A stretch of 64,000 nucleotides of DNA from Selaginella moellendorffii (GCF_000143415.4 NW_003314282.1:1569374-1633373); one strand, 5' to 3'; positions 43,900 to 57,283 are shown, numbered from the stretch's first letter. A program made the numbers and translations. The notes: a model not told the origin generated them from the sequence alone.

Positions 43900-46800
43900 G
43901 AGTCGTTCGCGACATCTACTAGCCCTCTGAGGGAAGCTCGGAGGTAGCTTTGTTAAGATCCGTAATGACACGGGTGCTTCAGATAATTTTGTGGCTGCAG
44001 ACATAGTCCGGCAAGCCGAACTAGCGGTGCAGCGGCTAGGCGAACCAAGGACTATAGAGTTTGTTCAAGGTAGCCAAAGCACCAATGAGGTACTTCGATA
44101 AGCGAGAGTCGAAGTAAGGACATGGAAAGTAGACATGGATTTCACCATGTTAGACATGGCGGGATTTGACATGATCTTCGGGATGGATTGGTTCAATCGG
44201 TTCGTGGTAGCTATGCATGGACAAGGTAAGAACCTTGTGGTACTAGCGAATGCCCAAGGAAGAAGATCAAGGGTGGAGGCCCAGGATCTAAAGGTAGGGC
44301 AATGCAAGGCCAAAGATTCATGCTTAAACCTGGAGGACAACTCATTAAAGGAACCAAGGCAGCATTTTTGTGCTTACTCTTGGTGAAGAGTGACAAAAAG
44401 ACGGGAACGGAAGAAGTACCTTTAGTGATCCAGCGGGTGTTGGATGAATTCCAAGATACCATGCTGGAGGAGCTACCGGCGGGGTTGCCCCCCACACGAC
44501 CAATAGAACATAAGATTGAGTTGGTCGAGGGTACTGAGGCGGTGGTTCATCCCCCCTATCGTTTGAACGAAAAGGAACGTGAGGAGCTCAAGTGCCAACT
44601 AGAGGAGTTGGTGGACAAAGGGTATATTAGGTTGAGCAAGTCGCCGTATGGGGCATCGGTGTTATTTGTGAAAAAGAAAGATGGATCTATGCGCATGTGC
44701 ATAGACTATCAGTTGCTCAACAAGTATACAAAGAAGAACAAGTACCCTTTGCCAAGGATTAAGGACCTGTTCGATAGGTTGGGAAAGGCAAAATACTTCT
44801 CGAGGATTGACCTAAGGTCAGGATACTACCAGATCAGGGTAGCAGAGGAAGATGTCGAGAAGACAACCTGTTGAACAAGGTATGGGAGCTTTGAGTTTCT
44901 GGTGATGCCCTTCGGGCTATGCAATGCGCCAGTAACGTTTTCGGCATTGATGAACCACATCTTTGTACCCTATCTGGATCACTTTGTGGTCGTCTATATT
45001 GACGACATCCTGATCTATAGTGAAACGCTAGAGGAGGATGCCAAACACTTGACAAAGGTGTTTGAGAAACTAAGGGAACACCAGCTGTATGCTAAAGAGA
45101 GAAAATGTGACTTTGCTTAACAAAAGATAAAGTTTCTTGGGCATGGCAAGGACGGGCTCAAGGTGGACCCGAGAAGGTCCAAGCGATCCAGGAATGGGAG
45201 CGACCATCGAATGTACATAAGTTAAGGGCATTCTTGGGGCTATGCAACTACTACCGAAAGTTTATTAAACACTATTCAAGAGTAGCCTTACCCTTAACGA
45301 ACCAAACAGGAAAAGGGAAAATGGTATGGACTGCAGAATGCGAGGCAGCATTTGTCCACCTCAAAGGGAAGTTGAGGAAGGCTCCCGTGTTGGCATTACC
45401 AAACTTTGGTAAGGACTTTGAGGTAGAAACAGATGCTTCAGACTTTGCATTGGGTGCAGCTATGAAGCAAGACAACCATCCAGTAACGTTCTTCTCAAAG
45501 AAGTTAGACAAGGCTCAACGGAAATAATCTACCCACAAGAAGGAATTGTTTGCAGTGGTCAGGGTGCTCAAGGAGTGGCAACACTACCTTGGGAGACACT
45601 TCAAAGTTTACACGGACAATGTGGCAACAAAACACTTCTTGTCATAGCTCGACCTGAGAGGGAAATAGGGTCGGTGGGCCAATGCGTTGGCCAAGTTTGA
45701 TTGCGAGATTCTATACAAGCCTGGGAAGAGCAACATTGTGGCGGATGCGCTAAGTCGAAAAGCAAGCTTGAAGTTAGCGATATCCAACACGATAGCAACC
45801 TTTTGGGATGATGTGCGGACAGCATATGAGAACAATGGTCTAGCACAAAAAGTGTTGCTGAGGAACCAAGAGGCGTGAGAACCTCACCACAAAGGTGAGC
45901 TGCCAATAGAAGAGAAAATGGGCTATGCGGAATGCAACAGGCTGATCTATTACAAGCAAACGAGGGTGTATGTTCCAGAAGAGGAACTAAGGAAGGTAGC
46001 ATTAGAAGAGTGTCATGACAGACCTCTTGCAGGACATGGTGGAGTGCCCAACACGATGGGCTTACTCAAGAGGAAGTATCATTGGCTAGATATGGCTAAG
46101 GACGTCCAAAACTATGTAAAGACATGTCCAACATATCAGCAGGTCAAAGCCGTGACTAAGGCTAGTGGGGGCTTGTTGCAAAGCATCCTAATTCCAGATC
46201 GTCCGTGGAAATGTCTCACGATGGACTTCATCACAGGACTCCCCCCAAGTGAGGGGTTCGATACAATATTCGTGGTGGTGGACCGATTTTCGAAGATGGC
46301 ACATTTCATACCCACCATAACGGAAGTGGATGCGGAAGGTGTGGCGAAGCTGTTCTTCGAACAAGTGGTTTGAGTGCGGGAAAGGCTAGAAGAGATTATC
46401 TCGGATCGAGATAAGATCTTCACCAGTAGGTTCTGGAGAACTCTCCTAGAATAGTATCGCACCAAGTTGAAATTCAGCACAGCCTATCACCCATAGACAG
46501 GTATTGGGTATTAAGTCAAATTTGATAGCACTAACACTTTTTGATAGACGGACAAACGAAAAGGGTGAATAGGCAGTTGGAGGATTATTTGTGATGCTAT
46601 GTCTCGGGAGACCAGACCGATTGGGTAAGTCATTTGGGACTTGCAAAAATGTGTTATAACAACTCACCACATTCGAGTATTGGGGTGAGTCCATGAGAAG
46701 TCATCAATGGGCAAGCTATTGAAGGTCCTGTGGAACTTGGCGTGGCTGAGTATCACGGGCTCAACAAAGGCAAACCAAGTATGCGAACCAGAAGTGCCGG

Positions 46801-47262
46801 GATGTAGAGTTCCAGGTTGGGGAGAAGGTGTGGCTGAACACCAAGAACCTCAGGCTACCAAGTGGGATCAGCCGGAAGTTGACCTAAAGGTAAAAATGTA
46901 TGTATTCCTGTAAATGAATTGATCTTGATTTCCTTAAGCAGGTTCGCGGGGCCTTATGAGATTGAGGCACAAATCGGTAAAGTGGCTTACCGTCTCTAAC
47001 TTCCTCGAGAGATGGGGAAGATGCACCTAGTGTTCCACGTAAACTTACTCAAGCCGTACTTTGAGGATCTGTTTCGCAAGGACCAATTAAGACCTTTACT
47101 TGAGGTTATCCAAGGGGAAGAGGAATACGAAGTGGGGGCCATCCTCAATGCGCGCAAGAGTAAGTGACAAGAACACGAGATGAGAGAGTTCTATGTGAAG
47201 TGGAAAGGATTTCCACACTGTGAAGCAACATAGGAACCGGAAGAGAACTTAGCAAACGCGTG
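43900..47262 (+). pseudogene. pol: pol (protease-RT-RNase H-integrase-chromodomain), inactivated
   Basis: [52 protein letters not shown] and EYEV..KWKGF; several in-frame stops. Confidence 0.9.
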
Positions 47263-48497
47263 AGATCTGGTGGAGGAATTTTTGCAAGGCAGAACTCTAT
47301 GTACTTATGCAAAGTTCAATTAAAGTATCAATTTATGAAGTTGAGCAATGGCATATGTTGGGACCCGAAAGTGCGCCGAAGGTAAGCTAATTAGAATGGG
47401 TTAGCTAGGTCGACCAGGCGTAAGGAACTACGCCCGACTCCCCACGGGGATGTCGAATCCGTAGATGTATTCTACAGAGGTTGGGTTCGAGTCCCAACCC
47501 CCTAGTAAAGCAAGGCTGGGTTCAAGTCCCAACCCCATACTAGGGCGTGGTGAGGTGAGGGGTATAGGGACACCTATATTCCGTTGGTATGGGCTCTTGG
47601 CCGGGGAGGCTAACTTAGGCACACCGCTAAGTGGGAGGATGCCCCCGGAGACATGGTCAACAAGTCGTAGGATAAAAGAGACGTTCAATGTGGGCATCGA
47701 ACTTCTTCTTTGGGTGGTGGAGTTGTAAGGAACCAACTCCCCGAGTTGTCGTAAGCTAAAGGATCCCCAAAAGTATGACTAAAATGACAAAGAGTTTATC
47801 AGATGGGACCGAGTTTGAGATCGAGTCCAAGACTGACTCTAAGACCGAGTTCAAGATAGAGTCCGGAATTGAGTCCGAGGCCGACTCGGAGACCGAGTTT
47901 GAGACGGAGTCCGAGATCCGAGATCGGGTCCGAGACCGAGTCCAAGGTCAAGTCCGAAGTCGAGTCCGAGATCAGGTCCGAGATTGAGTCCAAGACCGAA
48001 TCTGAAGTCAGGTCCAAGATTGAGTCCAAGACTGAGTTCGAGTACTAATACAGGTCAAGGGGTGAAAAGCTCTATTTCGTTAAAGTGGGAATTGTCATTA
48101 TCCCACTTGTAAAATAAGGTTTCCAAACCTTTATATAGTATATAAATATAACAAAATTCAACTGCATTGAGGCACATGCCATTTTATTTTAAACAAGGAA
48201 ATGTCTACTCAATCACTTCTCACTGCTTCACCTCTCTCTTCTCCTTGTCATTGTCGTCCAATTTCTTTCCATCCTTTTAATATTGGCTCAGTTGCTCCGA
48301 GTCTAGGTGGAGCCCAAGTCCCCATTCAATCTTTACTTTCCCCTTATTAATAAAACAACTTCGTAGACTTCCAATAACATGCTGTAACACTTCTAGTATA
48401 ATGCAAATCCTCTCAAAGAATTGTCTTTTAATATTAATACAATGGCATGGAACCCCATGCCATAATAAGTTACATTTTTAAATAAATACATGCCATC

Positions 48498-51400
48498 TCA
48501 GACTGTTATTTTTTGCCTCCAACGCCTATACAATAATCTTGGAATTTCATCACTCTCCACACTATCAGGATTTAAACCCAATAGTAATGCCATCTCTTCT
48601 CTAATACGTCCACGCTCATGTTCAGTGGTCGAAGAACCCATCCGGTTGAGCAGATTATGGAGATGCGGATAGTGCTTGGCTAGACAATATACATGCCATA
48701 AATGATGACTGGTGTCTGTCCGATCAAATGGCTTCTGATATACCGTTCCATCTGCCATTTGGTTGATTTCTGCAGCCACCTCCTGGACTGGCCGGTTCTC
48801 TATCACCATCGCTTCAAGCCGTTTTGCAAGGTCCCCCAGAACATACGGTTTCTTCTCCCTAGTTTCCATACTGCAAGAGATGGGGTGCACTGCATATGTG
48901 TGCGTGTTCGCTGCAGTTTTAATCGGCGAGTCATCGATGATGAGGATTTCACTTGACCTAGCAGTCTGGTTCATCACTACAGCCTCTGCCTTGACGAAGA
49001 TGGGCTTGCTACCCCTCACATGGACCATAGTCAAGCAATCCTCCTGCGTTAGGAGAAAGTCAAATGGTAATATTACTCGCGTCTGATCGTGCATCATCTG
49101 TAGCAACGTTAATGCATTGTGGCGCATCATGGATGTCCAAACTCCCAATTGCAAATTGAACCCGGCCCTCTGTTTTAAGTGTCGCATGGTCATTATTAGA
49201 TCCCGCAGTTTCTCCCGTGTGATTAATGTGAATCTGTCTCTTTTGACCAACTTGCGACCGCAGGCTTTGGAGGGTGCAGTGACATTCGAGGACGAGCCAC
49301 GCTCATGGGAGAAAAGGACACCGTTCAGATCAAAAACGATACAGTACTTTCGCCGTGACTCTGAAATGAAATGCGTTAGCATAAAAAATGGTACAAGTCA
49401 ATTTTACCATCTACAATATTAGCGAATGGTGCTCCCGATGGTCGTTGAGAGGGTTTTGGTCGAGGAAACGTGAAGGGCGGAAATACTCTCCTCTGCAATG
49501 TGGGGTCAATCGCATCCGATGGCGTGTGGGCACATGCCATTTCAGCTGTAGACTCTGGTACAACTGGCTCAACAGTGGCATGGGGTGGTTCCGATGGCGT
49601 GTGATCACACGCCATTTCAGCTGGTGCCTCCGTTGGCAAAGTGGACATGACCGAACAGGCAGCAGGGGCGGTGTAGGGAGGTTCCAACAGCGCGTAGTCA
49701 GACGATTGGGCACACGTTGGAAATGAGGATACGACCGGCTCGGCGGCTGGGGCGGCCTCATGCGGGTCCAATGGCGCCTGGTCACCGTCAGTTGGATACG
49801 TGGACAAGATTGACTCAGTGGTATGGGCAGCATCAAGTGGAGCGTGGTCAGCTTGCTTGGCGTTGATATGGATAGTAGCCTCCACCAGCTCTGATACTCT
49901 TGCAGGCAAGTAGAGTCCACTGGCGGATCCATATGCATGTCCAAATATCTCCCTTCGATTGAGATGGTATCCTCCCGTGCTACTAAAAACAAACTCATTA
50001 GCACATTGAATCGACTATACTGTATTTACCATCAACTGCTATTGAGGAACTAGGACCGATATCACTTGGGCGCACTGCTGATTTTGAAGGATTGGACATA
50101 CGTTTCGACCCTTGCTTGGCACTATCCTTCCTCGACACTAAAGGCTAGAGTTTGTATCTTAATTCAACTGAATAATCTCTACTTACCATTTCTTCTGCGA
50201 CCTACATGGACAATGTTAGAAATGGTAAAAGGTTAGGAATGGATGTACTATTATTTACTTGATGGTTTGTCTTGTATGACCTTCCTCCGCTGCTCTTTGG
50301 CCACCTCAGGCTGGCCATCATCGTCATCATCGTCATCGTCGTTATTGTGATCGTCACCATTGTGAGGACCATCCAAGTCCTCTTCGTCCTCCTCTTCTTC
50401 GTCCTCCTCTTCTTCGTCCTCCTCTTCGTCCTTCTGCTCTTCCTGCTCATTATCTTTCTCTGGCTCCTCATCCCCCTCTTGCATTTCTTCCATAGGCTGC
50501 TCAGGCTGGATTGCTTGTTTTTCCAGGACCATCTTGGAAAAATCATCTGGCCGAGTCTCCATCTCAAAATACAAGACATCCATAGCCTGTTTTAGTGCGT
50601 GACCTAGGACCGTATCCTCACCCGACTGTCTTAACATGGTTTCTGCACGTTCTTGCACCCTTCGAAGACGACGAGATGAGAAAAACGTGGCCCTGACTTG
50701 AAAAGCATCCCTCATCCATTGTACCTCTCCATTGAGATTGGGGAAGGGGAGTCCGCCATAGGAATCTGAGTCAGAAGGTGGTGACTGGCTCCTTTCACTC
50801 AGCCCTTGATCTGCAATGAATGGCATGAGCACACATGCCATAACCGCAAGGCATTACCTATCATCTTTTCGTTGCCCTTCTTCCTTTTCGAATCAAACGC
50901 CTCTGATCCCGACGACTGTCCAACGTGCTTTCGCTTTTTATGACCACTGTCAGTTTGAGCTTGGCTGGTGCTTGCCTGTTTTGCCTTTGAAGAAGTGTCT
51001 CCTGCAAGGAATGGCATGAGACCACACGCCATTGCAAATATAATTTGTACCTCCTTTTTTCCTATTGCTTGTCTGTTTGTCCTTCTTCGACGCGCCACCA
51101 GTGCGCTTTTCAGTCCTCGTGTCTGAATATTCACAACGATCTATAATCAAAATGGCGTGAGGCCTCACGTGACCTTACCTTGTGCAGGTTGTGACCTCGG
51201 CCTAACATCAGTAGCTGTTAACGCCGTTTCAGCATCTGGGGGTGGCCACGCTCCTGCATACAGAGCTTGTGAGATAACATTTAAACTTAAAGTGCGTACT
51301 CACCAGGTTCGTAGAGAAGATACTGTTTTTCTTTGGCAACTGTAATTATATGCTCCATTGAAGTCACCTCTTCAATGGAGTTTGTCACCGCAACACATGG

Positions 51401-53820
51401 GACACCCTTGAGTAGTGCGGCTCGAAAGAATAGTCCGCCGCAGTTGTACTCGACAACGCATTTGCCCTTGGAGTCACCCGCTATTGCGTTGAAGACCCAG
51501 CTGAGCATTTCCCATGCTGCACCTGGAGCTTTCTTTGGATTCGAAAGCTCCATAGCCGTCTTCAGTTCCTCAGGCACGGGTAAATTGACCTCCCTCAGAT
51601 CAATTCGATCGGCTTTGTTGAACAAAGCTGGGAAGTCACTCCAGTCCCACTCTGCTGCAGGACCAATAACAAGGGCAACTGTGAAGATGCGGACATTCGT
51701 CGGTATCTTCTTCTTAGCCATTATCCCATGGATCTCCCGCATCTCCTTGCCTTTCAACCGAGCCTTCACCTCGTTCAAAGCCTTCCAGAACTTGTGATAG
51801 GATTCGGAGTCGTAGATCATATAGTGGACTGAAGATTCCACCTCCGCAAGTCCCACCATTAAGTCAATGATGGAGCTGACTTCGTCTGCATGAGTGATCT
51901 CCTCGTTTGTGAAGTCCATCACACAAAAGATGTTCTTGACCTGCTCATCTCCGCGGGAAACGATGCTCCTCCACCTTTGATCCTCATCCGAATTCACGTA
52001 TACCCGGTAAGGTTCTCGATAGGCCTCTGCTGCGGGGTCGAGCTGTTTCTGAAGCCGGCGGTCGACATCCCTCTTAATGAAATTTGGATACTGATCCAAC
52101 TTCTCAACTTTACTTTTCGTGGCATCCCGCAGCAGATCGATGAACTTGGGGGCCCCCTTCACGTACTCGTCGATGTCTTCATTTGACAAGTCCAGCTCTT
52201 CCATCATCTCTTGCGTGGTGTCGATGCTCACCCTCGCCACGGCCACTTGCTCGAAGATCCAATCCTTCAATAGCGCACGAGCTCTCAGAGTCGTGCACAA
52301 GTCCTCGTATGTCACAATATGGCCAGGAGTCATTTTGGTCTTGTTGAAGACTACCTCACCACGTAGAAGAGCATTAGCCACTGTCAGAAGGTCGTCGTCG
52401 TCTAGAGACCGCGAGAAACGCAAGGCGTTGAGCTTCAAATCATTGGGCTTCCGGCCGTCCTCCACACCCATTGAGTTTAGCAACTCCCCGTCATGGTACC
52501 TCCTTAGCACATCTACCCATTTGTCAAAAACAACTTTTGTCGCGAGTAGAATGTTATGGATGCTGAGTGTGTCATTGACCCCCAGTGTTTTCGAGAGAAG
52601 ACTCGAGAATTCCTGCAATGGAAATGGCGTGAGGCCACATGCTATGCCACATGCAACGAGGCTTACCTGCCAGGCGCTAGTTGCTAGTGCACGTCCTTGT
52701 CCTGGTTTTTGTGGCTTCTTCAGTTGAACCCAGAGCTTCCGTGTTCGTGCCAATGTCTCGTGCAGACCCGATTTGTAGCACGTTTCTTGCTTGACATTCT
52801 GCGCGTGGGAGATGTATATGATAGATCGGAGGGGCGAGTTGCCTTTTATCAGGCGGACAACTCTTGTCTTGAAGACTTTCTTCACCTCCTCGCCCACCAT
52901 AATATCCACAACTATCTGTTGCATCGCCAAGCTAGAATGCTGCCCGGAGACGGCATAGAACCGGATGTTCTGATCGTCCAACACCTTCCTATTGATCAAG
53001 TCTGGAAACCTCGTCTCGCCCTTCATTGTTCGGTAGTAGGGGATCACGTCTGCGATGTCGGGTGTTACTGGACTTGCCAGCATCTTCTGCTTCAGTTTCT
53101 CCACCCACTCATAAGATACTAGCCTGTGGTTGTATTTGCTTTGGATCTCGATACGGCTCACGTCGATTGTATATACTTTGTTGGAATAGTAACAAGTACT
53201 ATTATCTGCGACGATTTTTGCTGCCTCTTCTTGCTCTTTCTGCTCTTTGCGGCTCTTCTTTTTGGTGGGTGTAGTGTTCGAACCCGAGGCAATGGCATCA
53301 CCGAGTAGCTTCTTTTTTGGAGCAGCAGAGTCGGACGTCGGCTTGAGCTTGACCACCCTTTTCTGCTTCGGGGTAGTTTCCAGATCGACCCCCTTCCCCT
53401 TCGCTTCGCAAACTGGAGGCACTCTCAACGGCTCAATGTTGGAATATAGTTTTTGAACATCGCCGTAGGTGAGGTCCGTGGATTCCATGTGATCTTCATA
53501 GACCCGCAGCGTCTTTGAAATTGTGGGCCTCCTGGACAACCTCTCCCTAGCTCCCTCTAGGAATTCCTCATAGCCGCTGCCCCCCTCCGGGAAGCCGCTA
53601 GGATGTGCAAGGTGGATCTTGAAGGCAGACGCTGTCTCTACCACAAGTGCCAGTCCATATTCTTGCATGGAACTGCATGGAGTGTCTGTCACTTGGATGA
53701 CGATCCCCATGCATTCTTTTCTCCCACCATCTGTGCTGTACAGCCTCAGATCCTCGCCTTCCATCCCGAAAGTCCAACTGGTGAGCTCCTCCCCCTTCTC
53801 TGCATCCACATTGACAGTGG
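48498..53820 (-). CDS. Transposon cargo gene of about 1,620 aa: ParB/Srx-like domain + degenerate DNA MTase-like domain + acidic/disordered linker + FCP1/NIF-like HAD phosphatase; 1-nt frameshift in this copy
   Basis: GT-AG exons at 53820-52667, 52612-51304, 51253-51179, 51122-51051, 51001-50858, 50810-50259, 50201-50187, 50137-50030, 49979-49408 and 49360-48498. All are frame-consistent except 49979-49408 (572 nt, frame switch near 49910). Motifs: FYAVSGQHS; KCVVEYNCGGLFFRAALLKG; CIVFDLNGVL..GVWTS..QEDC..IIDDSPIK. The start codon is unresolved. Confidence 0.72.
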
Positions 53821-55721
53821 CTAGAAGAAGAACACAATTCCTCGCCTATTCAAAAATGCACAACAATTAGAGCTGACAGATGAAAAGCTAGCAGCTGGAA
53901 ATAACGTGAGGCCACACGCCATCCAACACTGCACAAGATTGCTTGAGGCTGCATCCTAATCAACACTGCATCAGATGTCTTGAGGCTGCATCCTAAGATG
54001 GCGTGAGGCTACACGCCATCTGTAACCGGACTGCACTCGAGAGCCCAATCGGTGCATGCCAATGTTGCTACTGAATGGCATGTGGCCTCATGCCATTTTC
54101 TACTTGGCCTAAAAGACTTACCATTTGAAGCCGAATGGAGGCCGTGACAATCGAGGCCGGACTCGCTGGTGAATGTGCACTGTGTGTGCAGCGGATCGTA
54201 GCAGCAAGGCTACTCTGCCACTTACAGTTGGAGAGTGGTGCTGAAATCTCCCGGGACGCCAAGTGGGCTGCGTGTGGGTGGCGGAGTGGGCGGCGGAGTT
54301 GGCGGCGAAGTTACAAATTGGGTGTGTCTTGAAGTGGACGCCGATGCACACGAGCGCGATGCGAGCGCGAGTGTGATGCAAGCGCGAGTGGACGCCGATG
54401 CACACGAGAAACCTGTAGAGAAGTGAGCGTGATCGCGAGTGGGAGCGCGATGCGAGCGGGAGCGCGAGTGTGATGCGAGCGCGAGCGCGAGTGTGCGAGC
54501 GCGAGTACAAAGCAAAATGCAAAACCTAACCTCACACGCGCGAAATGTCACAACGGTTGGTAATCCCGCCACGTCATCATTCCTCGGACTTGGGCGCCAC
54601 CATTAATTTCTGGATTGCCGCGCGCATGCAAGCATGCAAAATCCAAAAGAAATCCGCAACGTCATCATTCCTCGGACTGCATGCACGCGAAATCCAAAAG
54701 AAAGATCATGATTGGGATATCATTTAATACCCTCGCTATATTTATACCATGCATGATTGGATATTCCAAAGCATCTTGTATTTCCAAAAATGGCAGATGT
54801 TCAGCTAAATAAAGAAATTCTATCTGTTTCTATTTTTCTCTCAAATCAATATTATAGCGTGTGGGCTCATGCAATTTTGAACCAAAGAAACCCAAAAAAC
54901 GTTGGACCCAAAATATTTTGAAAAAACCCAAAAAACCCTAAACATTTTAAACCCAAAAATCCAGGCGTCCTGTGGCGTTATTCCTTGAATGGCGTGTGGG
55001 CACATGCCATTTTCAGGGCCAAATGCTGAATGGAGAAAAATTCCCTTTCAGTGCAAATGCTGCAAGAGGCAGATGCCGAGCACAAAGGACTATAACTACC
55101 TCACATGACACAGATAAACTTTTCTCTATTTGGCAAAGATAAACTTTATAGCGTGTGGGCTCATGCAATTTTGAACCCAAAAAATGCACCAAAAAATTCT
55201 CGGCATCATCTGGCATTATCTCTTGAATGGCATGGGGCCGCATGCCATTTTCAGGGGCACATAGGAGTATATTCCTAGGATATTCTGACACGTGCGAGAT
55301 TTTTTTGAGTTTTCTGGAGATCCAACCGTTAGATCGCAACTAGATTTTACAGAATGGTATACAATGTCTTTCTTGATGACCCTGCAAAGAAGCATCTCGA
55401 TCGGACACCACATGAGACCACACGAGCCTTACAATGTTTCAGGGGCATTTGCCATAGATCCGACCGTTATTTTGCTCCAAGATTTTACAGTTTGGTGTGC
55501 ATTGACCTTTCCATCGAAACTGCAAAGGGACATCACAATCAGATGCGGGATCACAAGAAACTAACTTCACTAACTCTGGTTTCACCAAGATCTACGTAAG
55601 GAGTTATGAAATGAAAGGACCCTCTCTATTGAAATGTGTTTATGGTCCTAGGGGCATTGTGACATATCAAAGGATTTTGCATCAAGTTCTGTATTTGCAT
55701 GTTTATCAAGCTACTGAATTG

Positions 55722-55755
55722 CTAAACCCTAAACCCTAAACCCTAAACCCTAAAC
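55722..55755 (+). repeat. Short interstitial plant telomeric tract (CCCTAAA)n, about 4.5 units
   Basis: ctaaaccctaaaccctaaaccctaaaccctaaac. Confidence 0.9.
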
Positions 55756-57283
55756 ATGTGGCAAATGCTGCGTGAAGAAAGATGCCCTTTCTGGGCAAAT
55801 GCTGTAAGAGGCAGATGCCGAGCAGATGTATCTCAGGCTAGCGAAGGGGACGAACGAAAGCTAGCTATAAACATGACGGGATGCAAATAGATTACTAGGC
55901 TGGTCCTACGAAAATCAAAAACCATAATTGAAAACATTGAAAATGCAAAAAGAAAGGTTTATAATATTTTTGAATTTTAGGCAACCAAAGGAATGTAAGT
56001 AGGGCATGTGTTTGTAAGTTTAAAAATGCCTCAACCACTTAAATTCCCAAGTAAATAAAGCTGTTTCTATTTTTGGTACAGGTAAACTTTATAGCGTGTG
56101 GGCTCATGCAATTTTGAACCCAAAAATGCACCAAAAAATGCTCGACTAGCATTATTCTTTGAATGGCGTGTGGCCTTATGTCGAGCATTATTCTTTGAAT
56201 GGCGTGTGGCCTTATATTGCCATAAATGGACGTACACACACAGCGTAATTATTCCTTTACACGGCGAATAATCTTGGCGCGGATCGCTAACATGGCATGG
56301 CAAAGTTCGAATCACTGACATGGCACAGCTGGATCGAGGCAAGGACATGATGTGACAAAGTTCAACCTCCGACAGCAAAGTCTAGAAGCTACTCAGTTTG
56401 AAATTTGTCAGAGGAATCATAAGATCTGGTTTGTCAGAGGATTTGATGTGACGTTCAAGCGTGTGTTATTTTTGAATTCTCGAACTCATTCCTAGGTCTA
56501 TCATTTTTGTGCGCCGTGTTCTTGGTTCCGCTGAGCGCAGTGAGCGCTGCTTGTGTAAGCGGCGTTGTGGGCTGTGGTTTATGCGTCTACGAGCGGTTGC
56601 GGCATTGCGAGCGCCATTGCGAGCGGCAGTTTATGCGAGTGGCAGTTTGTGCGAGCGGCGCTACGAGCAGTTGCGGTGTTGCGAACGGCGCTACGAGTAG
56701 TTGCGGTGTTGCGAGCGGCACTGTCTTTGGTGTGGCTACCGCTTCCTCTTGATATTCGGCACTTGTGCTTCCTGGTATGTTCACCATGGAATGGCTTAGG
56801 ACCACATTTAGAAATGGCATGAGGCCACATGCCATCTTGGGCCCTTGCAATTTCATGGCTAGCGTATTGTCATGTATGTTTTTACTTGCCTGCAGCTGTG
56901 TGTATATCAAGATGGCATGAGGCCTCATGCCATCTTTGGCCCCTGCTAGCCTATTGCCATTGCCTTGCTGCAATTGTATATATTTTTGTATGGGTGACTA
57001 GTCACGCACACAAAAATATATACAGTTGCAGCAAGGCAAAAGGAATATAGCAACAGGCTAGCAGGGGCCAAAGATAGCGTGAGGCCTCATGCCATTAGTG
57101 GTACCACTAATGGCATGAGGGCTCATGCCAATTTTGTGAATGCGAAATTTCACATGGGTGTCAATAGCATGTTTGAATAATGGCATGTGGCCTCATGCTA
57201 TTGAGGTTGTTTGGTATGTTATGATTTAGGCCATTCTCCAATCATTTTTTGTATGGTCTTAACTTCTTTTCTGCACTTTCAGA

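Larger units (their letters stand above)
41418..48066 (+). mobile_element. Chromodomain Ty3/Gypsy retrotransposon (family A), near full length; 3' LTR interrupted by the DNA transposon
   Basis: 5' LTR 41418-42582 (TG..CA), PBS TGGTATC at 42586, gag, pol with stops and frameshifts, and chromodomain at ~47120-47260. The 3' LTR starts at 47724, breaks at 48066 and resumes at 62161. Confidence 0.93.

Noticed and set aside
51304-52010. Active DNA methyltransferase
   Set aside because: No intact DPPY/SPPY or FxGxG motif is present, so it is reported only as MTase-like and probably inactive.
55722-55755. Chromosome end or telomerase RNA template
   Set aside because: Only about 4.5 repeats, internal to a transposon, with no supporting promoter or structure recognised.
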